Source: Candidatus Thorarchaeota archaeon
GTDB taxonomy: Archaea > Asgardarchaeota > Thorarchaeia > Thorarchaeales > Thorarchaeaceae
Assembly: GCA_038893995.1 (NCBI GenBank)
Contig: JAWAQK010000013.1
Location: forward strand, 1-48,031
DNA length: 48,031 bases
Direction of reading: 5' to 3'
In this document: positions 28,327-36,954 of the stretch, piece by piece
Layout of the letters: every line of letters begins with the position of its first letter
Numbering within the stretch: the first letter of the stretch is position 1
Notes under the pieces: model-generated
The model's input: only the letters and a program-made list of their open reading frames with translations
What the model was told of the DNA's origin: nothing
Databases searched by the model: none
Program-made: the position numbers and the translations under genes

Positions 28327-29352
28327 TCACAGTCTTATTCTTGGATCGAGTGCAGCATAGAGTATGTCAACGACCAGAGTCACGAGTGTGACAAGCAGTC
28401 CGAAGAATACGACAGTGCCCTGGATGGCGGTGTAGTCTCGATGACCTATGCGTTCCACGAGATACGTTCCGATCCCGTTCCAGCTGAACGTGGTCTCAGT
28501 GAGTACAGCTCCAGCTAACAGGGCAGCGAACTGCAGACCAATCATCGTCAATATGGGCAGAAATGCGTTCTTGAGTGCATAGACGTATGTGACTCTCGAG
28601 TCCGGAAGTCCCCTGGCCTGAGCTGCAACAACAAAGTCTGCCCTCAGTGTTTCAAGCATGTTTGTCCTAGTGAGTCTGACGAATATTCCGCATAGTATTA
28701 GCCCCAGTGTAATGGATGGAAGAAGAAGGTGTCTGAGTGCGATAAAGAAAGCGGGGAAATTGAGTTGAATGAGGCTATCTATCGTGAGTAGCCCCGTGAT
28801 TCTCTGAGGCATGAGGTCACCGTATCTCATGTCAAAGCGTCTGCCAGTGGGCAGGATGTTCAGCCAGAATGCGAATATGTACTGAAATAGCATCCCAAGG
28901 AAGAAGACGGGTATGGCGTAGGTGACTATCCCAAACAGCCTTATGGCGGCATCCTTCTTCGTCCCATAGTTCTTTGCAGAGCTGACTCCGAGGGCGATGC
29001 CGAAGAGTGACGCAAACAGCATGGAAAACAGTGCAAGCTCGAGTGTTGCGGGAAAGCGTTCTACTAGGTGTTGTGTGACGGGTGCATAGTCTTGCATGGA
29101 CAAACCCAGGTTGCCTGAGAAAATACCAACTAGATAGTCTACAAACTGTTCTGGCAGTGACTTGTCCATACCGAGCCGGTGGCGCATCTCTGCTATTGCT
29201 TCAGGAGTGGCCCCCTTCTCAAAGTGCAGAAGAACGGGGTCCCCCGGAAGCATTCTGAGGAGAATGAACACGAGTGTTAACAAGAACAGCACCATGGGAA
29301 TCATGAGGGCGATTCTGCTTGCTATGTATGACTTTAGGCTCAAATTGACCAC
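28327..29352 (-). CDS. dppB: Peptide ABC permease (DppB/OppB)
   Basis: LPGDP, GNLGLS, FPATLEL, AAQARGL, LKNA, TETTFSWNGIG, RDY, LDPRIR. Confidence 0.93.
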   Translation of the reverse strand: MVNLSLKSYIASRIALMIPMVLFLLTLVFILLRMLPGDPVLLHFEKGATPEAIAEMRHRLGMDKSLPEQFVDYLVGIFSGNLGLSMQDYAPVTQHLVERFPATLELALFSMLFASLFGIALGVSSAKNYGTKKDAAIRLFGIVTYAIPVFFLGMLFQYIFAFWLNILPTGRRFDMRYGDLMPQRITGLLTIDSLIQLNFPAFFIALRHLLLPSITLGLILCGIFVRLTRTNMLETLRADFVVAAQARGLPDSRVTYVYALKNAFLPILTMIGLQFAALLAGAVLTETTFSWNGIGTYLVERIGHRDYTAIQGTVVFFGLLVTLVTLVVDILYAALDPRIRL

Positions 29353-29370
29353 CCACGCCTCTCGAGGTAG

Positions 29371-29430
29371 AATGGTGTGCCGTCGGCACCCATTTCGCCC
29401 TTAAATCAAGCACGGTACGATTGGGTGCCG
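29371..29430. repeat. Overlapping inverted repeats between dppA and dppB
   Basis: AATGGTGTGCC-GTC-GGCACCCATT (29371-29394) and CGGCACCCA (29384-29392) / TGGGTGCCG (29422-29430). Confidence 0.6.
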
Positions 29431-29447
29431 GCAGCACTATTCAGTCC

Positions 29448-31109
29448 TCATGGTCCCGTCTGTGCATAGGGTCCAAAGTAGAGTAGCCAGTGTCGCCAGT
29501 TTGCTGTTATGTCCAGCACGACACCGTGGACGTAGGGTGATGTGACAGCAACCTGGTTACTCTGCCATAGTGGGATCACAGAGCACTCATCTGCCTGTAG
29601 TAGCTGCAGAAGACGGTATGCATTGGCACGGCCCGTTTCTGTCGTGGCACTCCTTCCTTCGATCCACAAGTTATACTGAGCCGTCGCGTTGGCGGGTCCA
29701 TCCTTGTCGTATCCTAAGTGCAGCCACGATGCGAAAGGCAGGAATGCATAGTTGTCAGGATCTACAAAGTCAGGGTACCAGCCGTATATGAAGACCTGCA
29801 TGCTCCCAGCGGATCGGTAACCCGCATATGTACTCCAGTCGACCCCATGAAGATTGACTGTGATAACACCGCTGCCCTCGAGATCGCTCTTGTAGACGGC
29901 AGCCTGTTCGGCACTCTGCGGATAGTGTCCGCTAGTCTCATACCAGAGGTCTAACTCCAACTTGTTTGTCTCGCTGTATCCATACTTGGCGAGTATGCTC
30001 CGAGTGTAGCTGTAGTTCGCGCTTCCGTAGATCCTGAAGACGTCTTCATGGTATGCCATTCCGGCGGGTATCATACTCCAGAGTGGAGTGAAGCTGCCCA
30101 GGAAGACAGTTTCTGTCACGTGTGTTCTGTTGATCGCAGCCGTTATGGCCCTCCTGACCTCTGTGATATTGAGTGGGTAGAAGTTCTGGTTGAAGCACAT
30201 GTACTGTATCTGCGCTCCAATGCCCTCCCAGACTCTCACATTCGGATTGGTCTTGAATGACTGAATCTGGGCGGCTGTCAGCTGTCTGAACGCAATGTCA
30301 ATCTCCCCGGCTGCCATGGCCGATGCAAGAGCGCTTGAGGATGTATACATGTATATCACTATCTCATCCATCTTTGGTATGCCACTGTTGATGTTCCAGT
30401 AGTATGGATTCTTGACCAGTTTCATTCTCTCGTCGGTGCCACCTGTCCTCACCCACTCAGCCAACACATATGGACCGAGACCACATGGATTGCTGGCACT
30501 TGCGTTCCCCGGGACGTAGTTTACCAGGGCATTCTTTGGTGCACGCATGGGGTCCACCATGTACGAGGCCGCACAGGAGAGTAGCTGCAGGAATGGAGCG
30601 AAGGGTATCTTGAGATAGAATCTGACCACATAGTCAGAAACGATGGTCACGTTCTCTATTATCGAGTCGTACTCCATGTTGAGTTGTGGTCCGTCTGGTT
30701 CCCACAGTCCGTCCCCAGTGAGATTGCAGTTTCGATCAAATGTATACTTGACCACTGAGGCGTCAAACGGTCTGTGTCCATCGAAGGTGACTCCCTGTCT
30801 CAGATTGAATGTCCATACCTTTCCCGTTTCATCGACCGACCAGCTCTCTGCTAGGGCAGGTTCAATGTCATCGGCCCCAGCCTCTGAACCAGGTTTGATC
30901 TCCACCAGACCTGCGCTGACCGCGGTAATGATCTCCCATGAGAAGTAGTCATAGGCCCGTGCAGGGTCCAGATTCACCTCTACTGAGTCTGTCGTGCCCA
31001 TCACCATGGTCCTTCGGGTCGGGTACTGCGGGACTAATAGGAAGTACCCCGCCCCGATGACTACGACAATCAGCACGATTGCAATGATGGCCTTTGTTCT
31101 ATTGACCAA
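29448..31109 (-). CDS. dppA: Peptide ABC substrate-binding protein (family 5) with N-terminal membrane anchor
   Basis: TTG at 31109 after GGAGG; N-terminal hydrophobic helix; LDPA, PALAESW, FNLRQGVTF, GLGPY, VRRAI, GWYPDFVDPD. Confidence 0.92.
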   Translation of the reverse strand: MVNRTKAIIAIVLIVVVIGAGYFLLVPQYPTRRTMVMGTTDSVEVNLDPARAYDYFSWEIITAVSAGLVEIKPGSEAGADDIEPALAESWSVDETGKVWTFNLRQGVTFDGHRPFDASVVKYTFDRNCNLTGDGLWEPDGPQLNMEYDSIIENVTIVSDYVVRFYLKIPFAPFLQLLSCAASYMVDPMRAPKNALVNYVPGNASASNPCGLGPYVLAEWVRTGGTDERMKLVKNPYYWNINSGIPKMDEIVIYMYTSSSALASAMAAGEIDIAFRQLTAAQIQSFKTNPNVRVWEGIGAQIQYMCFNQNFYPLNITEVRRAITAAINRTHVTETVFLGSFTPLWSMIPAGMAYHEDVFRIYGSANYSYTRSILAKYGYSETNKLELDLWYETSGHYPQSAEQAAVYKSDLEGSGVITVNLHGVDWSTYAGYRSAGSMQVFIYGWYPDFVDPDNYAFLPFASWLHLGYDKDGPANATAQYNLWIEGRSATTETGRANAYRLLQLLQADECSVIPLWQSNQVAVTSPYVHGVVLDITANWRHWLLYFGPYAQTGP

Positions 31110-31139
31110 GCGATTATTTCCTCCATCACGCCGAATTTG

Positions 31140-31160
31140 TCTGTCACAAGCTGTGACAGA
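31140..31160. promoter_or_regulatory. Perfect 9-bp inverted repeat (putative operator) between the TATA box and dppA
   Basis: TCTGTCACA-AGC-TGTGACAGA; TATA-like TTAAATA on the minus strand at about 31185-31191. Confidence 0.5.
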
Positions 31161-31236
31161 GGTATCACACACTAGCAACACGGCTATTTAAGGCATATAG
31201 CAGATGATGAACTCCCCACCCATGATTATCCCCTGT

Positions 31237-31800
31237 TCAGTCCGTTTCCTGGGGATAAAGTAGCTCTCCCAGCCTTTTCATCGCATCGCGAACACAGGTA
31301 TCCTTTCCGGTGACCCTCAGGTACCGGTCTCCCTCGAAAGATATATTGACACGGCATTCCTCAGCAATCTCCGAAATGATTTCAGGCGGGCATTCTCTTT
31401 GCAGTCTTATTCTGAAGAACCCGATTCCCTTCTCCCGGGGAAGATCCGAGATACTTACAGTTGGTTCGTCTGGCTCTGGTTTCACTCTCTCGTAGATTGC
31501 GTCCTCGAACCTCTGTTCCCAGGATTCTCTGGTCTCTCTACCACCAAGTTCCTCGGACCATGTCACGAATGAGTCTCTTAGTGCGAGTATCTGAGCCTCT
31601 GTTTCTGCTCTGAGGTCCAGATCCGAATCAGACATCGTTTCGGAACCTCTCTCCACAGAGAGAAGATACTCTAACGCAACCCTACTGTTTCTGAGGTCTG
31701 CATATATCTGGTCCGGAATGAATCCTCCAAGTTGTCTGACCTCACCTATCATCTCGTTCAAGACTGACCAGCCATACAGCAGCCCCTTCAGTGTGACCAT
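31237..31800 (-). CDS. DUF2096-like protein
   Basis: The pattern W.VL.E...E....G..IP..I..DLR and the C-terminal RI.L.......I.EIAE...V.I.FE.D..L...G....V..A.K.L resemble DUF2096 as recalled; 6 bp downstream of hdrA copy 2. Confidence 0.6.
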   Translation of the reverse strand: MVTLKGLLYGWSVLNEMIGEVRQLGGFIPDQIYADLRNSRVALEYLLSVERGSETMSDSDLDLRAETEAQILALRDSFVTWSEELGGRETRESWEQRFEDAIYERVKPEPDEPTVSISDLPREKGIGFFRIRLQRECPPEIISEIAEECRVNISFEGDRYLRVTGKDTCVRDAMKRLGELLYPQETD

Positions 31801-31806
31801 CTGCTC

Positions 31807-34800
31807 CTACTCCCTGAGCATCTCCTCGATCTCGGCCATATAGCTCTTCTCGCGCCACCAACGTAGGTCGCGAGCTCCAGTCGGGCAGATCGCCGCACAC
31901 GCGCCGCATCCCTTGCATCGCATATCGTCGGTCACACTCTTCTTGACGCCGGGGGCGACCTCTACCATCGATATGGCATCATATGGGCATATCTCCGTGG
32001 ATCGACACAAGTCGCAGCCAATACAGAGTTCCTGGTCGACTTCTGCAGTTCCAAGTTCGATCTGTACAGTCCCAAGATTCAGTGGTACGGCCGCCTCGCT
32101 TGCGGCACCTCTTGCCTGGTTTATTGAGTCTGCCACATTCTTGGCGTAGGTGACTCCCAGGAAAACGCCGGGCACTGTAGTTTCAACTGGACGGTACTTC
32201 ATGTGCATCTCACGAAGGAATCCATCCTGTCCCCTGCTTATTCCAAGCGCCTTCACAAGACCGTGCACGTCGTGTGGAGCTTCGAGGCCTAGGGCCAGTA
32301 CTACCATGTCTGACCTTATCCTGATAGTTCTCTGGGCATGGGTATCATATACTGTCACAATGGCCTCATTACCGTCCGGTGCTCTCTCCACAGTCACTGG
32401 ACGTTCACGTTCCCAGCGTAGGTAGGTGACGCCCCTCTGGCGATTCTCACGCCACATCTCCTCCATGCCCTTCTCGTACGGGCGTATGTGTTCCTTGAAG
32501 GCTGAGAAGACCTTGATCCCGGGAAACATCTCTATCAGTTCATGCTGCAGAGAGATGACCGCAGAGCAACAGACTCTCGAACAGTATCTGTTTCCCTCGC
32601 CCGGGTTCTGCCTTGATCCAACGCAGTGGATAAAAACAGGATTCTTAGGTGGCTTCTTGATCTCCCCTCTTTTGAGTCTTCTCTCGAGCTCAAGAGTACT
32701 TATGACTGCCGGAATCTCTTCCCATCCATACTCTCCCTTTCTGGGCTCGTATACGTCGTTGCCAACTGCAACTACCATCGTGCCTATCCTGACTGTCTCT
32801 TCCTTGCCTGACTTTTGGTTGCGTACAGTGACGTCATAGTTTCCATAGGAGCCATCGAGCTTGGTTACTTCGGACTCTAGCAGGACCCTAATTCTCTTCT
32901 CCTCTCTGACCCGGGAGATAAGGTCTTCAACTATCGTATCGGCATATTCCATCCTTGGGAACAGCCGATATAGATCATTCAGCCTTCCACCAAGCCTATC
33001 GGTCTTCTCAACGAGGATGACATCGAATCCCTTCTTTGCAATGTCGAGGGCTGCAGTCATGCCCGACACACCGCCTCCGACCACCATCGAAACCTTCGTG
33101 ACTTCGACAGTCTTCACCGGAATCTCCTCATTGTTGATGGCCTTTGCTACCGCACTACGTATCATGTCCTGGGCCTTCTCTTGCCTCTCTTCGAAGGGCG
33201 CATTTGCATTGACTAGGGCAAGCTGCTCCCGGAGGCCAGCAGGACCAACAAGATAGTACCTTGACAGTCCCGCCCGTTCCAGTGCCTTTCTGAAAGTTTC
33301 CTGATGTTGGAGGGGCGAACACGAGCCTACGACGACACGGTTGAGCTTGTGTTCCTTTATGGCATCAACTATGAGCTGCTGACCGGGATCACTACACATG
33401 AAGATGTAGTCTGTACTGTAGACGACCCCAGGTATGTTCCTTGCCCAGGCAGCTAGGCCTGGTGAATCTATCACGTTCCCTATTATCCCGCCGCAGTGGC
33501 AAATGAAGACTCCAACTCGGGGTTCGTCTGTGACCTCTGCTGGCTCCACAGGTTCCTTCTCGGTAATAACTGGCAATGGCAGAATTGACTGAGCTGCCAT
33601 GGCGGCACCCTTGCCCTCATTGACAGTGTCGGTACCGTCCCTGGGTCCATGTGCGCAGCCCGCCACAAATATACCCGGTCTTGTGGTCTCTAGCGCCGCA
33701 GAGTTTGGATGTCTCTCCCGAATGTATCCCATCTCGTCCAGTTCTATTCCAAGTATCTTTGCAAGTTCCTCTGTTCCTTTGCTGGGTCTGAAGCTGGAGT
33801 TCAGTACTATCATCGATATCTTGTCTATCTCTATTATTTTTCCAGCCGAGGTGTCCTCCATCTTTACGCGCAGGTCGTGTGTTTCGGGATCCTCGGATAC
33901 CTCCGACACCCTGCCTCGTATGAACTTGATTCCATGATTACGTTCGCTGTCCCACAAGAACTCCTCGAGAGCCTTTCCAGCCGTGCGCATATCCATGTAA
34001 GTGTAGATTATCTCGCAGTGCTCCTCCGGATAGTGCATCCTTGTCACTTGAGCCAGTTTTAGACCGAATGAACAGCACACCCTGTTACAGTGGCTAGAGT
34101 AGCCGCTGATGCTCTCGCGGACATCTCTGCTTCCGACACAGTTTATGAAGAGTATCTTCTCTGGTTCTCTACCATCTGATGGCCTCACCATATGGGCGTC
34201 GGTGGGTCCAGTGGGATGCGTCTGACGATCGTACTCGAGTGATGTGAGTACATTTGGAAAGATACCATACCCGTATTCGCCGTAGTCAACTGGTTTGTAC
34301 TCATCGAACCCAGTCGCGACTATTATCGCGCCTACATTTAGCTCAATTAGTCGGTCCTGATCGTTGTAGTTGATGCAGTCTTGGGGACAGACTCCTGCAC
34401 ATGTACCACAGCCGATACAAGCGTCACGGTCTATGGTGGCGACCAGCGGAACTTGCTGTGGGAAATACATGAATATGGCCTTGCGTAGTGACTGACCGAA
34501 GTCGTACTCATTAGGCACTTCGACCGGACATGCCCGAACGCAGGACCTACAACCTGTACATCTGGACTCGTCAACGTACCTGGCCCGCTTTCGTACGGTG
34601 ACCTTGAAGTTACCCGCCGTGCCGGAAACCTTCTCGACCTGTGAGAGTGCATACACGGTTATGTTTGGATGCTTTCCAACTAACGAAGTCAGGGGTGTCA
34701 TGACGCATGCGGAACACTCTAGCGCGGGAAATACCTTGTATATCGACACATACTTCCCGCCAATGTTCACACTCCTCTCGATTAGGTGAACCTTGTATCC

Positions 34801-34908
34801 TCCGTTGGCCAGGGCCAGTGATGCGTTTATCCCTGCCATCCCGGATCCTATCACTAGAACATCGGTCGGCCTTGTCTTCTTGGATTTAGCTGGACCCTTT
34901 CGCGACAT
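31807..34908 (-). CDS. hdrA: Large HdrA with two FAD modules (copy 2), no MvhD fusion
   Basis: GSGMAG and GGGVSG Rossmann motifs, KVFPALECSAC, ferredoxin insert, CNRVCC and CSRVCC, VFICHCG...MCS..GQ...SCSP, KYRPVET, C-terminal ferredoxin. Confidence 0.93.
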   Translation of the reverse strand: MSRKGPAKSKKTRPTDVLVIGSGMAGINASLALANGGYKVHLIERSVNIGGKYVSIYKVFPALECSACVMTPLTSLVGKHPNITVYALSQVEKVSGTAGNFKVTVRKRARYVDESRCTGCRSCVRACPVEVPNEYDFGQSLRKAIFMYFPQQVPLVATIDRDACIGCGTCAGVCPQDCINYNDQDRLIELNVGAIIVATGFDEYKPVDYGEYGYGIFPNVLTSLEYDRQTHPTGPTDAHMVRPSDGREPEKILFINCVGSRDVRESISGYSSHCNRVCCSFGLKLAQVTRMHYPEEHCEIIYTYMDMRTAGKALEEFLWDSERNHGIKFIRGRVSEVSEDPETHDLRVKMEDTSAGKIIEIDKISMIVLNSSFRPSKGTEELAKILGIELDEMGYIRERHPNSAALETTRPGIFVAGCAHGPRDGTDTVNEGKGAAMAAQSILPLPVITEKEPVEPAEVTDEPRVGVFICHCGGIIGNVIDSPGLAAWARNIPGVVYSTDYIFMCSDPGQQLIVDAIKEHKLNRVVVGSCSPLQHQETFRKALERAGLSRYYLVGPAGLREQLALVNANAPFEERQEKAQDMIRSAVAKAINNEEIPVKTVEVTKVSMVVGGGVSGMTAALDIAKKGFDVILVEKTDRLGGRLNDLYRLFPRMEYADTIVEDLISRVREEKRIRVLLESEVTKLDGSYGNYDVTVRNQKSGKEETVRIGTMVVAVGNDVYEPRKGEYGWEEIPAVISTLELERRLKRGEIKKPPKNPVFIHCVGSRQNPGEGNRYCSRVCCSAVISLQHELIEMFPGIKVFSAFKEHIRPYEKGMEEMWRENRQRGVTYLRWERERPVTVERAPDGNEAIVTVYDTHAQRTIRIRSDMVVLALGLEAPHDVHGLVKALGISRGQDGFLREMHMKYRPVETTVPGVFLGVTYAKNVADSINQARGAASEAAVPLNLGTVQIELGTAEVDQELCIGCDLCRSTEICPYDAISMVEVAPGVKKSVTDDMRCKGCGACAAICPTGARDLRWWREKSYMAEIEEMLRE

Positions 34909-35050
34909 TCAGGTGGATCTCCGGACATCAGTGGCGACAGCTCTCCTTGCAGGCGGATATAATGATTGCGAATGAGCCGCTTCTGGTATTAGCAGGCACG
35001 TGAGGTCTGGACCTATAGGCATATATCAACATGCATCGGAGGCGTCTGAT

Positions 35051-35374
35051 GTGAGCTCAGAAGACAATAAGGAGCATAAGAAGGACACCGATCAAGTGAG
35101 GAAGGCCCTCTCGCAGGTCATAGACAGACTAGAGCCAGGCGGCGAAGCACGGGCAGAGTGGCGAACCGCTGTCGGTTCAAACAGGGAGAGGTGGAACCGG
35201 CTGAAGGGAGATATCCACGACCGCCAGGTACTTCTGAAGGAGTTGGTCCGGCAGAAGAGGGCTGGCGAGATCGGTGAGGCTGAGTTTGAATCACGCTACA
35301 GGTCCCTGCAGGACGAACTTACCGATCTCGAGTTTGAGTTCTACAGCATGCGACTTGGACTGGATCTTGAGTGA
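35051..35374 (+). CDS. Hypothetical charged coiled-coil protein
   Basis: GTG at 35051 after GGAGG; heptad-like pattern, GEI.E.EF motif; fills the gap between two minus-strand genes. Confidence 0.65.
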   Translation: MSSEDNKEHKKDTDQVRKALSQVIDRLEPGGEARAEWRTAVGSNRERWNRLKGDIHDRQVLLKELVRQKRAGEIGEAEFESRYRSLQDELTDLEFEFYSMRLGLDLE

Positions 35375-35383
35375 CAGGTCCTC

Positions 35384-36451
35384 TCAGACGAGTCTTGCTC
35401 TCGTCCTCACTATGACGATGGCCTCTACGACGGCGATGAGGCCCATTACGGCAGACAGTGCAGCCAATATGTAGATGGCCTGCGTGTTATTGCCTAGTCC
35501 TACCCCCATGAGCGCATCTGTCAGAATGCCGGCGTTATATGCGATCAATGTTGTATAGTCTGATGTTCCAGTGAACATGGTCTTCCACCAGAGAATCCTT
35601 GACATAGTATCGGATGCCAGTTGCCTTGCGATATCGCCTGCCGTTTGCAGCTGGGCAGTATCCGATCCCGCTATCAGACTGATGGTATGATTCATCAGTT
35701 CTGCCTGGATCTGGAGCAGCTCGTTACCTGACACGAAGATGTTGTCTCCCTTCTGAATCACACCAACAGGTCTCATTCCGAATGTTTCCGCTACGTATGC
35801 CTCAGCAGGAAAGACGAGTAGCACCTTCATGTCCGAGAAATGGTATTCTTGATCTAACTCAGAGATGAACTGGAGTACTCCTCGAACCCTCTGAACGAAC
35901 AGATTGAAGTTCGCGTTCACGATGCTAGCAATGGTAGAGTTCATTTCGGCCAGTGTGTGACGCGTTGCGTTGGCTATCGCAATTGCATTTGTCGGCAAAA
36001 GCCAATACCCATGAGGATTCCCCTCGTGATCATGTTCATGTTCTTCCGCGAGTCCCTCCAGCGGTGACAGTCGCGCTCCAAACTCCTCGTAGTCTCCTAG
36101 AGTGATGCCGGGGGTTGTTACTTGGTCTGCTATGGCCTCTTCCCAGGCAAAGTGGCCTGTCAGAACTAGCAGGTCAGCTTGTGCTGCCTTGTTGATCAGC
36201 TCTGGCGTCGCGGTAAAGGAGTGAGGTTCAACACCCTCGGGAAGCATCACATCGACTTTAACGTACGCTCCACCTATCTCGTTCACCAGGCTTGCCAGGG
36301 GTGCTATCGAGCATAACACACTCAGTCCTCCCACAGTCTGGCTGTCAGCAGGCACAACCCACACAGCGGCGACGCACGTCGAAACGATTAGCACTGTCGT
36401 TATGGCAACTGCCCATGTTGGTACTCTGTGATACACTCCTTGGTTGTACAT
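35384..36451 (-). CDS. Cluster A-I metal ABC substrate-binding protein (ZnuA/MntA-like) with C-terminal TM anchor
   Basis: SIAPL...IGG, LPEGVEPHSF, ADL, His-rich loop EEHEHDHEGNPH..WL, hydrophobic N- and C-termini. Confidence 0.85.
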   Translation of the reverse strand: MYNQGVYHRVPTWAVAITTVLIVSTCVAAVWVVPADSQTVGGLSVLCSIAPLASLVNEIGGAYVKVDVMLPEGVEPHSFTATPELINKAAQADLLVLTGHFAWEEAIADQVTTPGITLGDYEEFGARLSPLEGLAEEHEHDHEGNPHGYWLLPTNAIAIANATRHTLAEMNSTIASIVNANFNLFVQRVRGVLQFISELDQEYHFSDMKVLLVFPAEAYVAETFGMRPVGVIQKGDNIFVSGNELLQIQAELMNHTISLIAGSDTAQLQTAGDIARQLASDTMSRILWWKTMFTGTSDYTTLIAYNAGILTDALMGVGLGNNTQAIYILAALSAVMGLIAVVEAIVIVRTRARLV

Positions 36452-36461
36452 CTCGACCGCC

Positions 36462-36508
36462 TTATTATTCCAATCCCATATAATTATTAACGGAGCTGAT
36501 TTATTAAC
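36462..36508. promoter_or_regulatory. AT-rich divergent promoter / candidate NikR-family operator
   Basis: Very AT-rich island with a direct repeat TTATTAAC at 36484-36491 and 36501-36508. Confidence 0.5.
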
Positions 36509-36557
36509 TCTTGTGCTCCTCCTCTGATTGCCAGTGCTCTAGCAAGGTCGTGGTGTC

Positions 36558-36953
36558 ATGCAGATAGTTGCTGTCTCGATGACAGATCAGAGTTTCGAGG
36601 AACTCGAAAAGTTGAGGATAGTGGGCGGCTACTCCAACAGGTCTGAGGCTGTCAGACATGCGATTCAGTTGCTGATGGCCGAACACAGAAAGCTGGATGC
36701 TGCAGAGGGAAACATCACTGCAGTCCTCACAGTCCTGTATCCTGCCGGTGAAAGAGGAACACATTCGAGAGAGATTCATCATGAGTTTGGCCATCTTCTC
36801 TCCTCAATGATGCATGCGCACTCGATTGACGGTTCCTGTGTTGACGTAATGGTGGTGAGAGGCGATGCCGATCAGGTTCGGTTTCTGCTCAAGAGACTCC
36901 GTTCAGAGACTCGTGCCACAAGGATAAGCGTCGAGTTGCTTGGAGGCGCTTAG
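36558..36953 (+). CDS. nikR: NikR-family ribbon-helix-helix metalloregulator
   Basis: IVAVSM...GYSNRSEAVRHAI RHH domain; metal motif H-x10-H-x-H-x5-C (HEFGHLLSSMMHAHSIDGSC). Confidence 0.85.
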   Translation: MQIVAVSMTDQSFEELEKLRIVGGYSNRSEAVRHAIQLLMAEHRKLDAAEGNITAVLTVLYPAGERGTHSREIHHEFGHLLSSMMHAHSIDGSCVDVMVVRGDADQVRFLLKRLRSETRATRISVELLGGA

Positions 36954-36954
36954 G

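Noticed and set aside
1577-34908. Selenocysteine (in-frame TGA) in HydA, HdrA or MvhD, as known in some methanogens and Asgard archaea
   Set aside because: The relevant positions are Cys codons in uninterrupted ORFs (DPCISC, DCSMC, ECSAC, CNWC, GCHFGDC), and no convincing SECIS was seen.
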